Source: a phage. From it: a DNA stretch of 44,418 nucleotides. Both the position numbers and the translations under genes were made by a program. Below are positions 8,596-16,903 of this stretch, one piece after another. The stretch lies in sequence record PX502252.1, one strand, 5' to 3'. Under the pieces are notes generated by a model. That model did not search any database, had not been told where the DNA came from, and saw nothing but the letters and a program-made list of their open reading frames with translations. How positions within the stretch are numbered: the stretch's first letter is position 1; each line of letters starts with the position of its first letter.

Positions 8596-8970
8596 ATGTT
8601 CAAGATTGAAACTATCGTAAACCGTGTTGTCAAAGGTGCTGCTCTGGTATCCGTTGAGTCTTTCATTATCGTCGATGAAGCTGATCAACTGGTAGCTGGT
8701 ACTAAGGCTTACGATACCCGTGAAGAAGCTCAGGCTAAGATTGACAGCATGGGTAACTTCGCTGCTGGTCTGGAGTTCGCTCGTGCTTGCTTCCCTGAGC
8801 AGGCTGACAAAGCTCAGATTGGTAAGGCTAATATCGTAGCTGAATATCTGGATTGGGTTGCTGCTGGTAAACCAGTGAAAGAAGTTAAGGCTGCTGAAGA
8901 AGCTGAAGCTCCAGCAGCAGAAGAAGTAGCTGCACCGGAAACTCCGGTAAGCGAAGAGGAAGAATTTTGA
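8596..8970 (+). CDS. Small acidic protein (124 aa) ending EEEEF; own promoter and terminator, likely abundant
   Basis: AAAGGAGA SD; flanked by promoter 8523 and terminator 9030; codon usage biased to common codons; C-terminal acidic tail with terminal Phe. Confidence 0.8.
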   Translation: MFKIETIVNRVVKGAALVSVESFIIVDEADQLVAGTKAYDTREEAQAKIDSMGNFAAGLEFARACFPEQADKAQIGKANIVAEYLDWVAAGKPVKEVKAAEEAEAPAAEEVAAPETPVSEEEEF

Positions 8971-9029
8971 TAATAGCAGGTGTTGCCTCTGTTAGTCCTG
9001 GTTGACTATCACGCTCACCTCATCTAATG

Positions 9030-9061
9030 CCCTGTCTGCCTTAGTGTAGGCAGGGTCTTTT
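9030..9061 (+). terminator. Stem-loop plus T-run terminator (CCCTGTCTGCC...GGCAGGGTCTTTT)
   Basis: GC-rich inverted repeat followed by TCTTTT; same architecture as terminator at 18121. Confidence 0.65.
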
Positions 9062-9087
9062 GCGTAATAGTTATTGGAGAATGAATT

Positions 9088-9360
9088 ATGCCGACTATTG
9101 AATCTCGAATTGAACTGGACATTAGCTATAATGCAATCACCAGACAATACATTGGGGTGGCCTATGATTACAAAACTGGTGAGAAGCTAGTGGAGGTGAG
9201 ACAATGGGATGACTATTGGTTAAGACAGAACCTCCATGATGCGGTGTCCTCCTTCTTGAAGGAGTGGCCTACATGCGACCAAACTTCGACTTCGGAGCTA
9301 CAGTATCGGAAGACAATAATCTCATCCTGTGGCCAACTGAAGGTAATAGAATCGCTTTAA
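9088..9360 (+). CDS. Hypothetical protein (90 aa); 3' end overlaps exonuclease start in another frame
   Basis: ATG with GGAGA upstream; overlap of about 88 nt with next gene makes extent uncertain. Confidence 0.4.
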   Translation: MPTIESRIELDISYNAITRQYIGVAYDYKTGEKLVEVRQWDDYWLRQNLHDAVSSFLKEWPTCDQTSTSELQYRKTIISSCGQLKVIESL

Positions 9361-10301
9361 TAGATGCTGATATGCTACCTTATATTGTAGGGTACACAAT
9401 CAGTGACATGACTTATGTACGAGCCACAACTCGTGTTAAGTCAGGACAAGTCCCATCAATCAAAGATACACCTGAGTGTAAGCAAGCATGTGACCGTGTG
9501 AACTCCTTGCTTAACTCTTGGGTGTATGCAGCAGAGTGCGATGCAGCTAAGTTATTCATGACGAAATCAGAAGCTAACTTCCGTGTTCGCCTAGCATTCA
9601 CCAAGCCTTACAAAGGTCAACGTAAGACTGAGAAGCCTCCATTCTTCTATGAATTGCGAGAGCATCTCTTAGAGGTTCATGGTGCAATCTTGGCAGATGG
9701 AGAAGAAGCGGATGACCTCATGAGCATCACACAATGGGATAGCCACCGCCGCTTCCAGCAAGATACAGGTAACGAGTTCCCTATCGGTAGTCCAGAGCAT
9801 AAAGCATTCTCTGACACTTGCATCGTTTCCTTGGATAAGGATTTGATGATTGTTCCCGGTTGGCATCTACAGCCGGGAGGTGAGAAGAAATGGGTAGAGC
9901 CTATGGGTTGGCTTGAGCTACGCCGCAAGGCTAATGGTCAAGTGAAAGACCTTAAAGGTGCTGGCCTCATGTTCCATTATGCACAGATGATTATCGGTGA
10001 TGATATTGATAATTACGCTGGCATACCCGGACGTGGTGCTAAATACGCCTATGATCTTCTCAAAGATTGTAAGACAGAGAAAGAGTTGTACATGGCAGTG
10101 CTTGGTGCATATAAGGCTAAGTTCGGACATGGACAAGTTAAGATTAAGAATTACCGAGGTGGTTATCGTATCGGCAAGGCTTTTGATCTCATGCTTGAAT
10201 GTGGTCGCCTAGCTCACATGGCAAGATTCAAAGGTGACATCTGGCGAGCCGATAAGAATGAAATCTTATGGGGAGAAGGTGATGGATGGCTAGTAAACTA
10301 A
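9273..10301 (+). CDS. 5'-3' exonuclease, FEN family (T7 gp6-like)
   Basis: IALIDADMLPYIV (N-terminal Asp cluster), GEEADDLM, SLDKDLM motifs; ATG 9273 with AAGGAG 8 nt upstream (ORF track shows GTG 9264). Confidence 0.85.
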   Translation: MRPNFDFGATVSEDNNLILWPTEGNRIALIDADMLPYIVGYTISDMTYVRATTRVKSGQVPSIKDTPECKQACDRVNSLLNSWVYAAECDAAKLFMTKSEANFRVRLAFTKPYKGQRKTEKPPFFYELREHLLEVHGAILADGEEADDLMSITQWDSHRRFQQDTGNEFPIGSPEHKAFSDTCIVSLDKDLMIVPGWHLQPGGEKKWVEPMGWLELRRKANGQVKDLKGAGLMFHYAQMIIGDDIDNYAGIPGRGAKYAYDLLKDCKTEKELYMAVLGAYKAKFGHGQVKIKNYRGGYRIGKAFDLMLECGRLAHMARFKGDIWRADKNEILWGEGDGWLVN

Positions 10302-10696
10302 AATCTTCAGAGGTGGCAGCTTATAAGAAAGAGCTTATGGAGAAGCAAGGTTGGAAGTGCCCTCTGTGCGGAGGCAGCCTCAAGGCAGTAAGTCCTATCA
10401 ACCGTGTACTTGACCATGATCATGAGACAGGTTTCTGTCGTGCTGTTGTGTGTCGAGGTTGCAACGGTGCAGAAGGAAAGATTAAAGGTGTTATATCTGG
10501 CTACGGAAAGGCAGGTAATAACCGCTACTTCCAACTACAATGGTTAGAACGCCTGTATAACTACTGGAAGCTACATAGTACACCTCAGACAGATAAGTTA
10601 TATCATAATCATAAAACGGAGGCAGAGAAACGAGAGGCTAAGAATCGTAAAGCTCGCCTTGCTTATGCAAGAAAGAAGGAGGTTAAGAGTAGCTAA
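10286..10696 (+). CDS. Endonuclease VII-like Holliday-junction resolvase
   Basis: CPLCG...DHDHETGFCRAVVCRGCN matches T4 endo VII zinc/His motif pattern. Confidence 0.8.
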   Translation: MASKLKSSEVAAYKKELMEKQGWKCPLCGGSLKAVSPINRVLDHDHETGFCRAVVCRGCNGAEGKIKGVISGYGKAGNNRYFQLQWLERLYNYWKLHSTPQTDKLYHNHKTEAEKREAKNRKARLAYARKKEVKSS

Positions 10697-10960
10697 ACTT
10701 CGTAGCCTTTATAAAGACTCCGAGGTGCTTGATGCAATCGAGCAAGCTACCGACGAGAAAGGTAATGTTAACTATAATGAGATGGCGAAGATTCTATCTA
10801 GCCACCCTGTGGGTAAGAAGATCACCGTCAACTTGCTCGCTATTGGCATGGTCAATTCAAGAAGACCAAGAAGAATGGTGATTACTACCAGACTCTTCTG
10901 CAAGAGGATAAGCGTATCAAAGAAGAGCGTAAGCTCAGGACTCCTGACCGCTACGAGGAT

Positions 10961-11695
10961 TTGGCTATTGTACCATTGCCTGACTCGCCTCATCGAAGTG
11001 TACTGGTAATCCCTGATACTCATGCACCTTATGAGCACCCCGATACCTTAGAGTTCCTTGCAGCAGTGGCAGCACGTTATCGACCAGACACAGTGGTACA
11101 TCTTGGAGATGAGGCAGATAAACATGCCCTGTCATTCCATGATTCGGATCCAAATTTGGACAGTGCTGGCATGGAGTTAGAGAAAGCTCGTGTCTTCATG
11201 CACAAGTTGCACAAGATGTTTCCTGTGATGCGCCTGTGTCACTCTAATCACGGCTCTATGCACTTCCGTAAGGCAAGCGCCAAGGGTATTCCAGTGCAAT
11301 ATCTTCGTACCTACCGAGAAGTCTTCTTCCCGCAGGGAGGTGGCGACCAGTGGGATTGGCAGCATACGCATGTACTTGAGTTGCCGAATGGCGAACAGGT
11401 GGCATTCAAGCATCAACCTGCTGGCTCTGTCCTAGCAGATGCAGCGCATGAGCGTATGAATCTTGTGTGTGGTCACTTGCATGGTAAGATGTCTGTGGAG
11501 TACGCACGTAATACACATGAACAGTATTGGGCTGTGCAGGGTGGCTGCTTAATTGATGAGTCATCCCGTGCATTTGCCTATGGGCGTGAGTCTAAATACA
11601 AGCCAGCATTAGGTTGTGTGGTTATTCTGGAAGGTGTGCCTCATATTGTCCCGATGCAAACCAATAGCGACAACCGTTGGATTGGCAAGATTTAG
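10961..11695 (+). CDS. Calcineurin-like metallophosphoesterase; start codon uncertain (TTG at 10961, no in-frame ATG upstream)
   Basis: VLVIPDTHAPYEHPD (DxH), HLGDEAD (GDxxD), NHG, GHLH motifs; frame open from 10817 without ATG/GTG. Confidence 0.7.
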   Translation: MAIVPLPDSPHRSVLVIPDTHAPYEHPDTLEFLAAVAARYRPDTVVHLGDEADKHALSFHDSDPNLDSAGMELEKARVFMHKLHKMFPVMRLCHSNHGSMHFRKASAKGIPVQYLRTYREVFFPQGGGDQWDWQHTHVLELPNGEQVAFKHQPAGSVLADAAHERMNLVCGHLHGKMSVEYARNTHEQYWAVQGGCLIDESSRAFAYGRESKYKPALGCVVILEGVPHIVPMQTNSDNRWIGKI

Positions 11696-11712
11696 TTGAC
11701 ACTATAGAACAA
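11690..11712 (+). promoter_or_regulatory. SP6-type phage promoter variant (ATTTAGTTGACACTATAGAACAA)
   Basis: Core TGACACTATAGAA conserved; upstream ATTTAG as in SP6 itself. Confidence 0.6.
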
Positions 11713-11795
11713 AGGGCTAGGTAAGACTTTATCGGCTGGCGTATCCAAATGATATTGCACTAGCCCTTGATTGTATAGTGAATGGAGGATTCAAT

Positions 11796-12299
11796 ATGTC
11801 ACACTATGAATGTAAGAAGTGTCATAAGCGTTATGATTACTGTACTTGTGGTCAAGAGAAAACATCTTTTAAAGTTGGAGACAAGGTAATTCGTAATGAA
11901 AAAGATTCGATTCCTTGGAATCAATACTGCAAAGAAGCTGGTATTGACCCTGATAGCCCTGTAACCATAGATGATATTGATGGCATTAACTTGTGCTTTC
12001 GTGAGGTGAGGGGTACAGGTTGGGATTCCAAAAAATTCAAACTTGCATCTGATAAGTTAGACAACAATATGGTAACTCAGCCTAAGCACTACGAGTTCTT
12101 TGATGGCGTAGAGGCAATCACTATCATTGCCCGCAGTATGACTGAAAAGCAATTCGCTGGGTACTGCATGGGTAATGCCCTTAAGTATCGCCTGCGTGCA
12201 GGTAAGAAGTTCAATACTGAAGAAGACCTGAAGAAAGCAGACTACTACAAAGAGCTATTCCAGAAGCACCGTCACGAATGTATTGATGAGGATATTTGA
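11796..12299 (+). CDS. DUF3310-like protein with N-terminal Cys-rich zinc ribbon (167 aa)
   Basis: GGAGGA 6 nt upstream of ATG 11796; CKKCHKRYDYCTC; C-terminal HYEFFDGVEAI...GNALKYRLRAGKK...EDLKKADYY resembles DUF3310 signature. Confidence 0.7.
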   Translation: MSHYECKKCHKRYDYCTCGQEKTSFKVGDKVIRNEKDSIPWNQYCKEAGIDPDSPVTIDDIDGINLCFREVRGTGWDSKKFKLASDKLDNNMVTQPKHYEFFDGVEAITIIARSMTEKQFAGYCMGNALKYRLRAGKKFNTEEDLKKADYYKELFQKHRHECIDEDI

Positions 12300-12300
12300 T

Positions 12301-13248
12301 ATGAATATCTTTGAGTTCCTAGGTCTTCCAGAAGACCACCGCAATCACCCATTCATGCTGGTGAAGCATCGCGGTGAAGTTCCTGAGAAGAAATTAACTT
12401 TTCCATGTTATGCACAGGTGAAACGAGATGGTATCTTTTCTGCTGTTGTTGTTCGCACTGATGGTGTCGTTGGCATTTTTGGTCGCACTGGTAAGAAATT
12501 GGCAAACACTGAAGGACTCGAACAAGCCTTTGCTACCTTTCCGGTTGGCATTTATCTTGGTGAGCTTCAGTCTATGGCCATTGATATCTACCTTGAGGCA
12601 ATCTCTGGGGTTGTGAACCCTAATCGTACCGAGCCACTTGATTTCATAGGCCAGCAGATTAAAGACAACCTGTATATCGACTTCTTCGATATGTTAACCA
12701 TTAAGGCATTCCATGATGGATTCACTGATGTTTCTTATCTCAAACGTTACGATGCTTTACATCGTCGCATCGGCACTCATCTTAGCGGGTACAACGCTAT
12801 TCTTCCTATTACTCCTTGCCATAATGAGCGAGAAGTTGAAGCGTTTGCGCAAGAGCAAATAGATGCAGGCCGAGAGGGTGCTGTGTTTAAACTTGACGTG
12901 GAGTATGAAAGTGGGCACAAGGGCTATCGTCAAACGAAGATCGTTCGTATGGTATCTTACGACCTAACCTGTATTGGGTGGGAGGAAGGAAAAGGTAAGT
13001 ATAAAGGTAAAGTAGCTAACCTCATTTTCAAATGGAAAGGAGGCAAGTCTGTTAAGGCTATGCTGGGTCGTGGCTGGTCACATGAGGATGCAGCCCAAAT
13101 GTATCACGATATTAAGCACGGTGGCGAACTGAACGTCATTGGGAAGATCTTCGCTGTCAAGGCGTTGCAGGAATCTAGCAAGGGAGTCCTGAGACTTCCC
13201 AAGGTTTCTGAATTACGCCACGATAAGGAGGTTCCTGATGTTTATTGA
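12301..13248 (+). CDS. ATP-dependent DNA ligase
   Basis: KxDG adenylation motif (AQVKRDGIF); position and size as in T7-like ligases; start ATG 12301 right after upstream stop (alternative 12286). Confidence 0.85.
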   Translation: MNIFEFLGLPEDHRNHPFMLVKHRGEVPEKKLTFPCYAQVKRDGIFSAVVVRTDGVVGIFGRTGKKLANTEGLEQAFATFPVGIYLGELQSMAIDIYLEAISGVVNPNRTEPLDFIGQQIKDNLYIDFFDMLTIKAFHDGFTDVSYLKRYDALHRRIGTHLSGYNAILPITPCHNEREVEAFAQEQIDAGREGAVFKLDVEYESGHKGYRQTKIVRMVSYDLTCIGWEEGKGKYKGKVANLIFKWKGGKSVKAMLGRGWSHEDAAQMYHDIKHGGELNVIGKIFAVKALQESSKGVLRLPKVSELRHDKEVPDVY

Positions 13249-13363
13249 TTTGAACGAAAAACAGCTTGAATTGTTAATAGAAGCCATTGAGCAATACTAT
13301 TACATGTGGGGCTATCAGTCAGAAGAATTAGACTCCTTATATTCACAACTAAAAGGAGGTTAA
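13238..13363 (+). CDS. Small protein (41 aa)
   Basis: Strong SD AAGGAGG 6 nt upstream; MFIDLNEKQLELLIEAIEQYYYMWGYQSEELDSLYSQLKGG; below ORF-track cutoff. Confidence 0.45.
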   Translation: MFIDLNEKQLELLIEAIEQYYYMWGYQSEELDSLYSQLKGG

Positions 13364-13365
13364 TT

Positions 13366-13563
13366 ATGTCTTTTGATTCTATGAAGGCAACTCGTGCTGT
13401 TGAGGTAGCAGAGGCCATCTTCGAAACTCTATCCTGTGGCATGGAAGTGCCATATACTTTACTGGCTGATGCAGAAGAACTTGGTCTTTCTGTAGAAGCT
13501 ATCCAAGAGAAGGTTGAGGAATTATATGGCACAGACGAAGAAGAAACCGACGATTTCATTTGA
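13366..13563 (+). CDS. Small acidic protein (65 aa)
   Basis: AAAGGAGG SD 5 nt upstream of ATG 13366 (ORF track started upstream at 13306). Confidence 0.6.
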   Translation: MSFDSMKATRAVEVAEAIFETLSCGMEVPYTLLADAEELGLSVEAIQEKVEELYGTDEEETDDFI

Positions 13564-13696
13564 AGGGATGGAGATGCTTGAGGTGATCCTCAAGCCTTCC
13601 TCTCCGAAAGTGACTAAGACTCATGAAGAGTTAGTCGTAGATGAAGTGAAGCGTTACATTATGGATTGTGTTAGAGCACAACTGGTGGTTCAATGA
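13526..13696 (+). CDS. Small basic protein (56 aa), overlapping neighbours
   Basis: GAGGAA upstream of ATG 13526; stop overlaps next start (ATGA). Confidence 0.4.
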   Translation: MAQTKKKPTISFEGMEMLEVILKPSSPKVTKTHEELVVDEVKRYIMDCVRAQLVVQ

Positions 13697-14154
13697 TACG
13701 TCCAGCTTCCTTCCTAGATATTCCTGAGATTATTAATCTCGGAGACAAGTATGTAGAAGAAGAAGTCAAGGTAGTGGCACATCATTCTGCGTCGTGGAAT
13801 GCGGAACAAAGTGCAGCTAACCTATGTGCCTCTCTAATCAGAGAGGATTTATTCCTGTGGGTTGCTGTAGATGAAGGGCAGATTGTAGGCTTCCTGTGGG
13901 CTGGTTATCATGACCTAGCACCTTGGACGCCAGTGCGTGTTGCGTCTGATATTCTCTTCTATATTGTACCGGAGAAGCGAGGGACGCTACTTGGTATGCG
14001 ACTAATCAAAGCCTACAAGCAATGGGCTTTTGAGAAAGGGTGTGCTGAGGTACGCATGTCAATAGCCTCTGGTATTAATGAGGAACGTGTTGGACGTATG
14101 TATAGGCGACTAGGCTTTGAGACGTTCGGCACTGTATATAACTTAAAACTTTAA
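13693..14154 (+). CDS. GNAT-family N-acetyltransferase
   Basis: Acetyl-CoA binding-like segment EKRGTLLGMRLIKAY and C-terminal YRRLGFE typical of GNAT fold. Confidence 0.7.
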   Translation: MIRPASFLDIPEIINLGDKYVEEEVKVVAHHSASWNAEQSAANLCASLIREDLFLWVAVDEGQIVGFLWAGYHDLAPWTPVRVASDILFYIVPEKRGTLLGMRLIKAYKQWAFEKGCAEVRMSIASGINEERVGRMYRRLGFETFGTVYNLKL

Positions 14155-14163
14155 GGAGATAAC

Positions 14164-14373
14164 ATGGGTGTCGTGAAGAAGGCATTTAAAGCAATTGGTC
14201 TTGCATCTGATACGCCGAAAATTGAGGCAGCGAAAGTGCCAGCACAACAACTAGAACGTCAGCCTGAGACGGAAGCAGAAGATGTGACGCTGGGTCAGGA
14301 CGAGGACACCACAACCACTTCTCGTGGTAAGCGTGGGTTAGTTCGCCCTGTAGCATCAAGCTTAGGAGTATAA
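14164..14373 (+). CDS. Hypothetical protein (69 aa) upstream of portal
   Basis: AAGGAGA SD; position analogous to small T7 virion genes 6.7/7.3. Confidence 0.6.
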   Translation: MGVVKKAFKAIGLASDTPKIEAAKVPAQQLERQPETEAEDVTLGQDEDTTTTSRGKRGLVRPVASSLGV

Positions 14374-14377
14374 TATA

Positions 14378-15925
14378 ATGCAAGACACCGACCTTGAGTA
14401 CGGTGGTAAGCGGTCGAAGATACCTAAGCTTTGGGAGAAGCTATCTACTAAGCGTAACCCTTTCATGGACAGGGCAAAGCACTATGCGAGGTTGACTTTG
14501 CCTTATCTCATGAATGAGGAGGGAGACAACAATACCTCTCAGAATGGGTGGCAAGGTGTAGGTGCTCAGGCTACTAACCACTTAGCTAACAAGTTAGCGC
14601 AAGTTCTCTTCCCGGCTCAACGCTCTTTCTTCCGAGTAGACTTGACAGCAAAAGGGGAGAAGATATTAAACAACAGAGGTCTTAAGAAGACCAAATTAGC
14701 TACACTGTTTGCTCAAGTAGAGACTGCTGCTATGAAGCAATTAGAGCAACGGCAGTTCCGCCCAGCGGTGGTGGAGTGCTTCAAGCATTTGATTGTTGCT
14801 GGCAACTGTATGTTGTACAAGCCAAGCAAGGGTGCAATCAGTGCTATACCTATGCACCACTATGTAGTTAATAGAGATGCCAATGGTGAACTGCTGGATA
14901 TTATCTTACTGCAAGAGAAGGCTCTCAAGACATTCGACCCTGCAACTCGCATGGCTATTGAAGTAGGCATGAAAGGTAAGAAGTGTAAAGATAGTGATAA
15001 TGTAAAACTTTATACACATGCCAAGTATGAAGGTGAAGGTTTTTGGGAACTAAAGCAATCTGCTGATGATATTCCTGTAGGTAAGGTGAGTAAAATCAAA
15101 TCAGAAAAGCTACCTTTCATTCCACTGACTTGGAAGCGAAGCTATGGTGAGGATTGGGGTCGGCCTCTTGCAGAGGATTATTCTGGAGACTTATTCGTAA
15201 TCCAATTCCTATCCGAAGCAGTTGCCCGTGGCGCTGCTTTGATGGCCGACATTAAATACCTGATTCGTCCAGGTGCTCAGACAGATGTAGACCACTTTGT
15301 TAACTCAGGTACAGGTGAAGTAATTACTGGCGTGGAAGAAGACATCCATATTGTACAGTTAGGTAAGTATGCAGATCTAACACCCATAAGTGCTGTACTA
15401 GAGGTTTATACCCGCCGCATAGGTGTAGTCTTCATGATGGAGACAATGACACGTAGGGATGCAGAACGTGTAACTGCTGTAGAGATACAGAGAGATGCTC
15501 TTGAGATTGAGCAGAACATGGGTGGTGTGTATTCCCTCTTTGCAACTACCATGCAGACGCCCGTGGCTATGTGGGGTTTGCTTGATGCAGGTGACTCTTT
15601 CACTAGTGACCTAGTAGACCCTGTTATCATCACAGGCATTGAAGCGTTAGGTCGCATGGCAGAGTTGGATAAGCTGGCTAACTTTGCTCAGTATATGGCA
15701 TTACCTATGAGTTGGCCTGAGCCGGTACAGGCAGCAGTAAACTGGCCGGATTATATGGATTGGGTTCGGGGTCAGATCTCTGCTGAACTTCCATTCTTAA
15801 AGTCAGAAGAGCAGATGAAGCAAGAACAAGCACAGATGGCACAAGCACAGCAAGAGCAGATGCTTAATGAAGGAGTAGCTAAAGCTGTGCCGGGTGTCAT
15901 TCAACAAGAACTTAAGGAGGCGTAA
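14378..15925 (+). CDS. Portal (head-tail connector) protein, T7 gp8-like
   Basis: 515 aa; position before scaffold and capsid; N-terminal region resembles T7 gp8; acidic/Q-rich C-terminus. Confidence 0.88.
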   Translation: MQDTDLEYGGKRSKIPKLWEKLSTKRNPFMDRAKHYARLTLPYLMNEEGDNNTSQNGWQGVGAQATNHLANKLAQVLFPAQRSFFRVDLTAKGEKILNNRGLKKTKLATLFAQVETAAMKQLEQRQFRPAVVECFKHLIVAGNCMLYKPSKGAISAIPMHHYVVNRDANGELLDIILLQEKALKTFDPATRMAIEVGMKGKKCKDSDNVKLYTHAKYEGEGFWELKQSADDIPVGKVSKIKSEKLPFIPLTWKRSYGEDWGRPLAEDYSGDLFVIQFLSEAVARGAALMADIKYLIRPGAQTDVDHFVNSGTGEVITGVEEDIHIVQLGKYADLTPISAVLEVYTRRIGVVFMMETMTRRDAERVTAVEIQRDALEIEQNMGGVYSLFATTMQTPVAMWGLLDAGDSFTSDLVDPVIITGIEALGRMAELDKLANFAQYMALPMSWPEPVQAAVNWPDYMDWVRGQISAELPFLKSEEQMKQEQAQMAQAQQEQMLNEGVAKAVPGVIQQELKEA

Positions 15926-16824
15926 TGTCTTTTGAAATTATTAATGAACCTGTAAGTCAGTCTGACGTTACTGAATCTAAGGAGGCTGCTGATGTTAATA
16001 CTACCGACAACGATTCTACTGTTGATTCTTCTGGCAGCGATGTACAAGCTGACACAAGCAGTACAGATGTACAAGACACCAGAGGAGAAGATGCTGGAGA
16101 AGATGGAGCGGGAGCAGAGGCTGGTGGACAGGATGATAAATCTGAGCCAAATGACACCACAGATGCGCGGTTCTTCTTCGGTGAACAAGAAGTAGAGATT
16201 GAGATTCCTGATGACGTGTCAACTGCCTTGAAAGAGAAAGGTATTGATGCTATGCAGGTTGCCAAGGAGTTGTATGGCGAAGGTGGTAAATTTGAACTCA
16301 AGGAAGAGACAAAGCAGAAGTTGTATGATGCTTTTGGTAAGTTTGCTGTAGACGCCTACCTGAATGGCCTTAAGGCCTCCAACGAAGCATTCATGCTCAA
16401 AGCTGAGACTCAAGCAAAAGAGGCGGAGGCTGCTGATGCTCAGCGCTTCACTGATATTGCATCTGAGGTTGGAGGGGAAGAAGGTTGGTCACGCCTTGAA
16501 GAGTGGGCGCTTGAAACCCTCTCGGATGAGGAGCTAACCGCGTTTAATGCTGTTATGGCCTCTGGCAACCAGTACCTGCAACAATATGCTGTTCGTGAAC
16601 TGGAAGGTCGCCGTAAGCAAGCGCAAGGGGACGATAAGCCGTCTCTGATTGAGCCATCAGCACCTGCTAAGGCTAATGAGGATAACGGGCCATTAACTCG
16701 CGATCAGTATGTACATGCCATTGCAACTCTGAGCCAGAAGTATGGTAATGACCGTAAGGCTATGGCAGAAGCTCAGGCTAAACTGGATGCCCGTCGCCGT
16801 GCTGGCATGGCTCGCGGTATCTAA
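15925..16824 (+). CDS. Capsid assembly (scaffolding) protein, T7 gp9-like
   Basis: Highly acidic, D/E/A-rich 299 aa protein between portal and major capsid. Confidence 0.85.
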   Translation: MSFEIINEPVSQSDVTESKEAADVNTTDNDSTVDSSGSDVQADTSSTDVQDTRGEDAGEDGAGAEAGGQDDKSEPNDTTDARFFFGEQEVEIEIPDDVSTALKEKGIDAMQVAKELYGEGGKFELKEETKQKLYDAFGKFAVDAYLNGLKASNEAFMLKAETQAKEAEAADAQRFTDIASEVGGEEGWSRLEEWALETLSDEELTAFNAVMASGNQYLQQYAVRELEGRRKQAQGDDKPSLIEPSAPAKANEDNGPLTRDQYVHAIATLSQKYGNDRKAMAEAQAKLDARRRAGMARGI

Positions 16825-16830
16825 TTCAGT

Positions 16831-16853
16831 ATTTACTGGACACTATAGAAGGG
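16831..16853 (+). promoter_or_regulatory. SP6-type phage promoter (ATTTACTGGACACTATAGAAGGG) upstream of major capsid gene
   Basis: Full consensus match. Confidence 0.8.
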
Positions 16854-16903
16854 AGAAAAGTTCTCCCTAGTTATCAATTTGATTTATAAGGAGATTATAA
16901 CAC

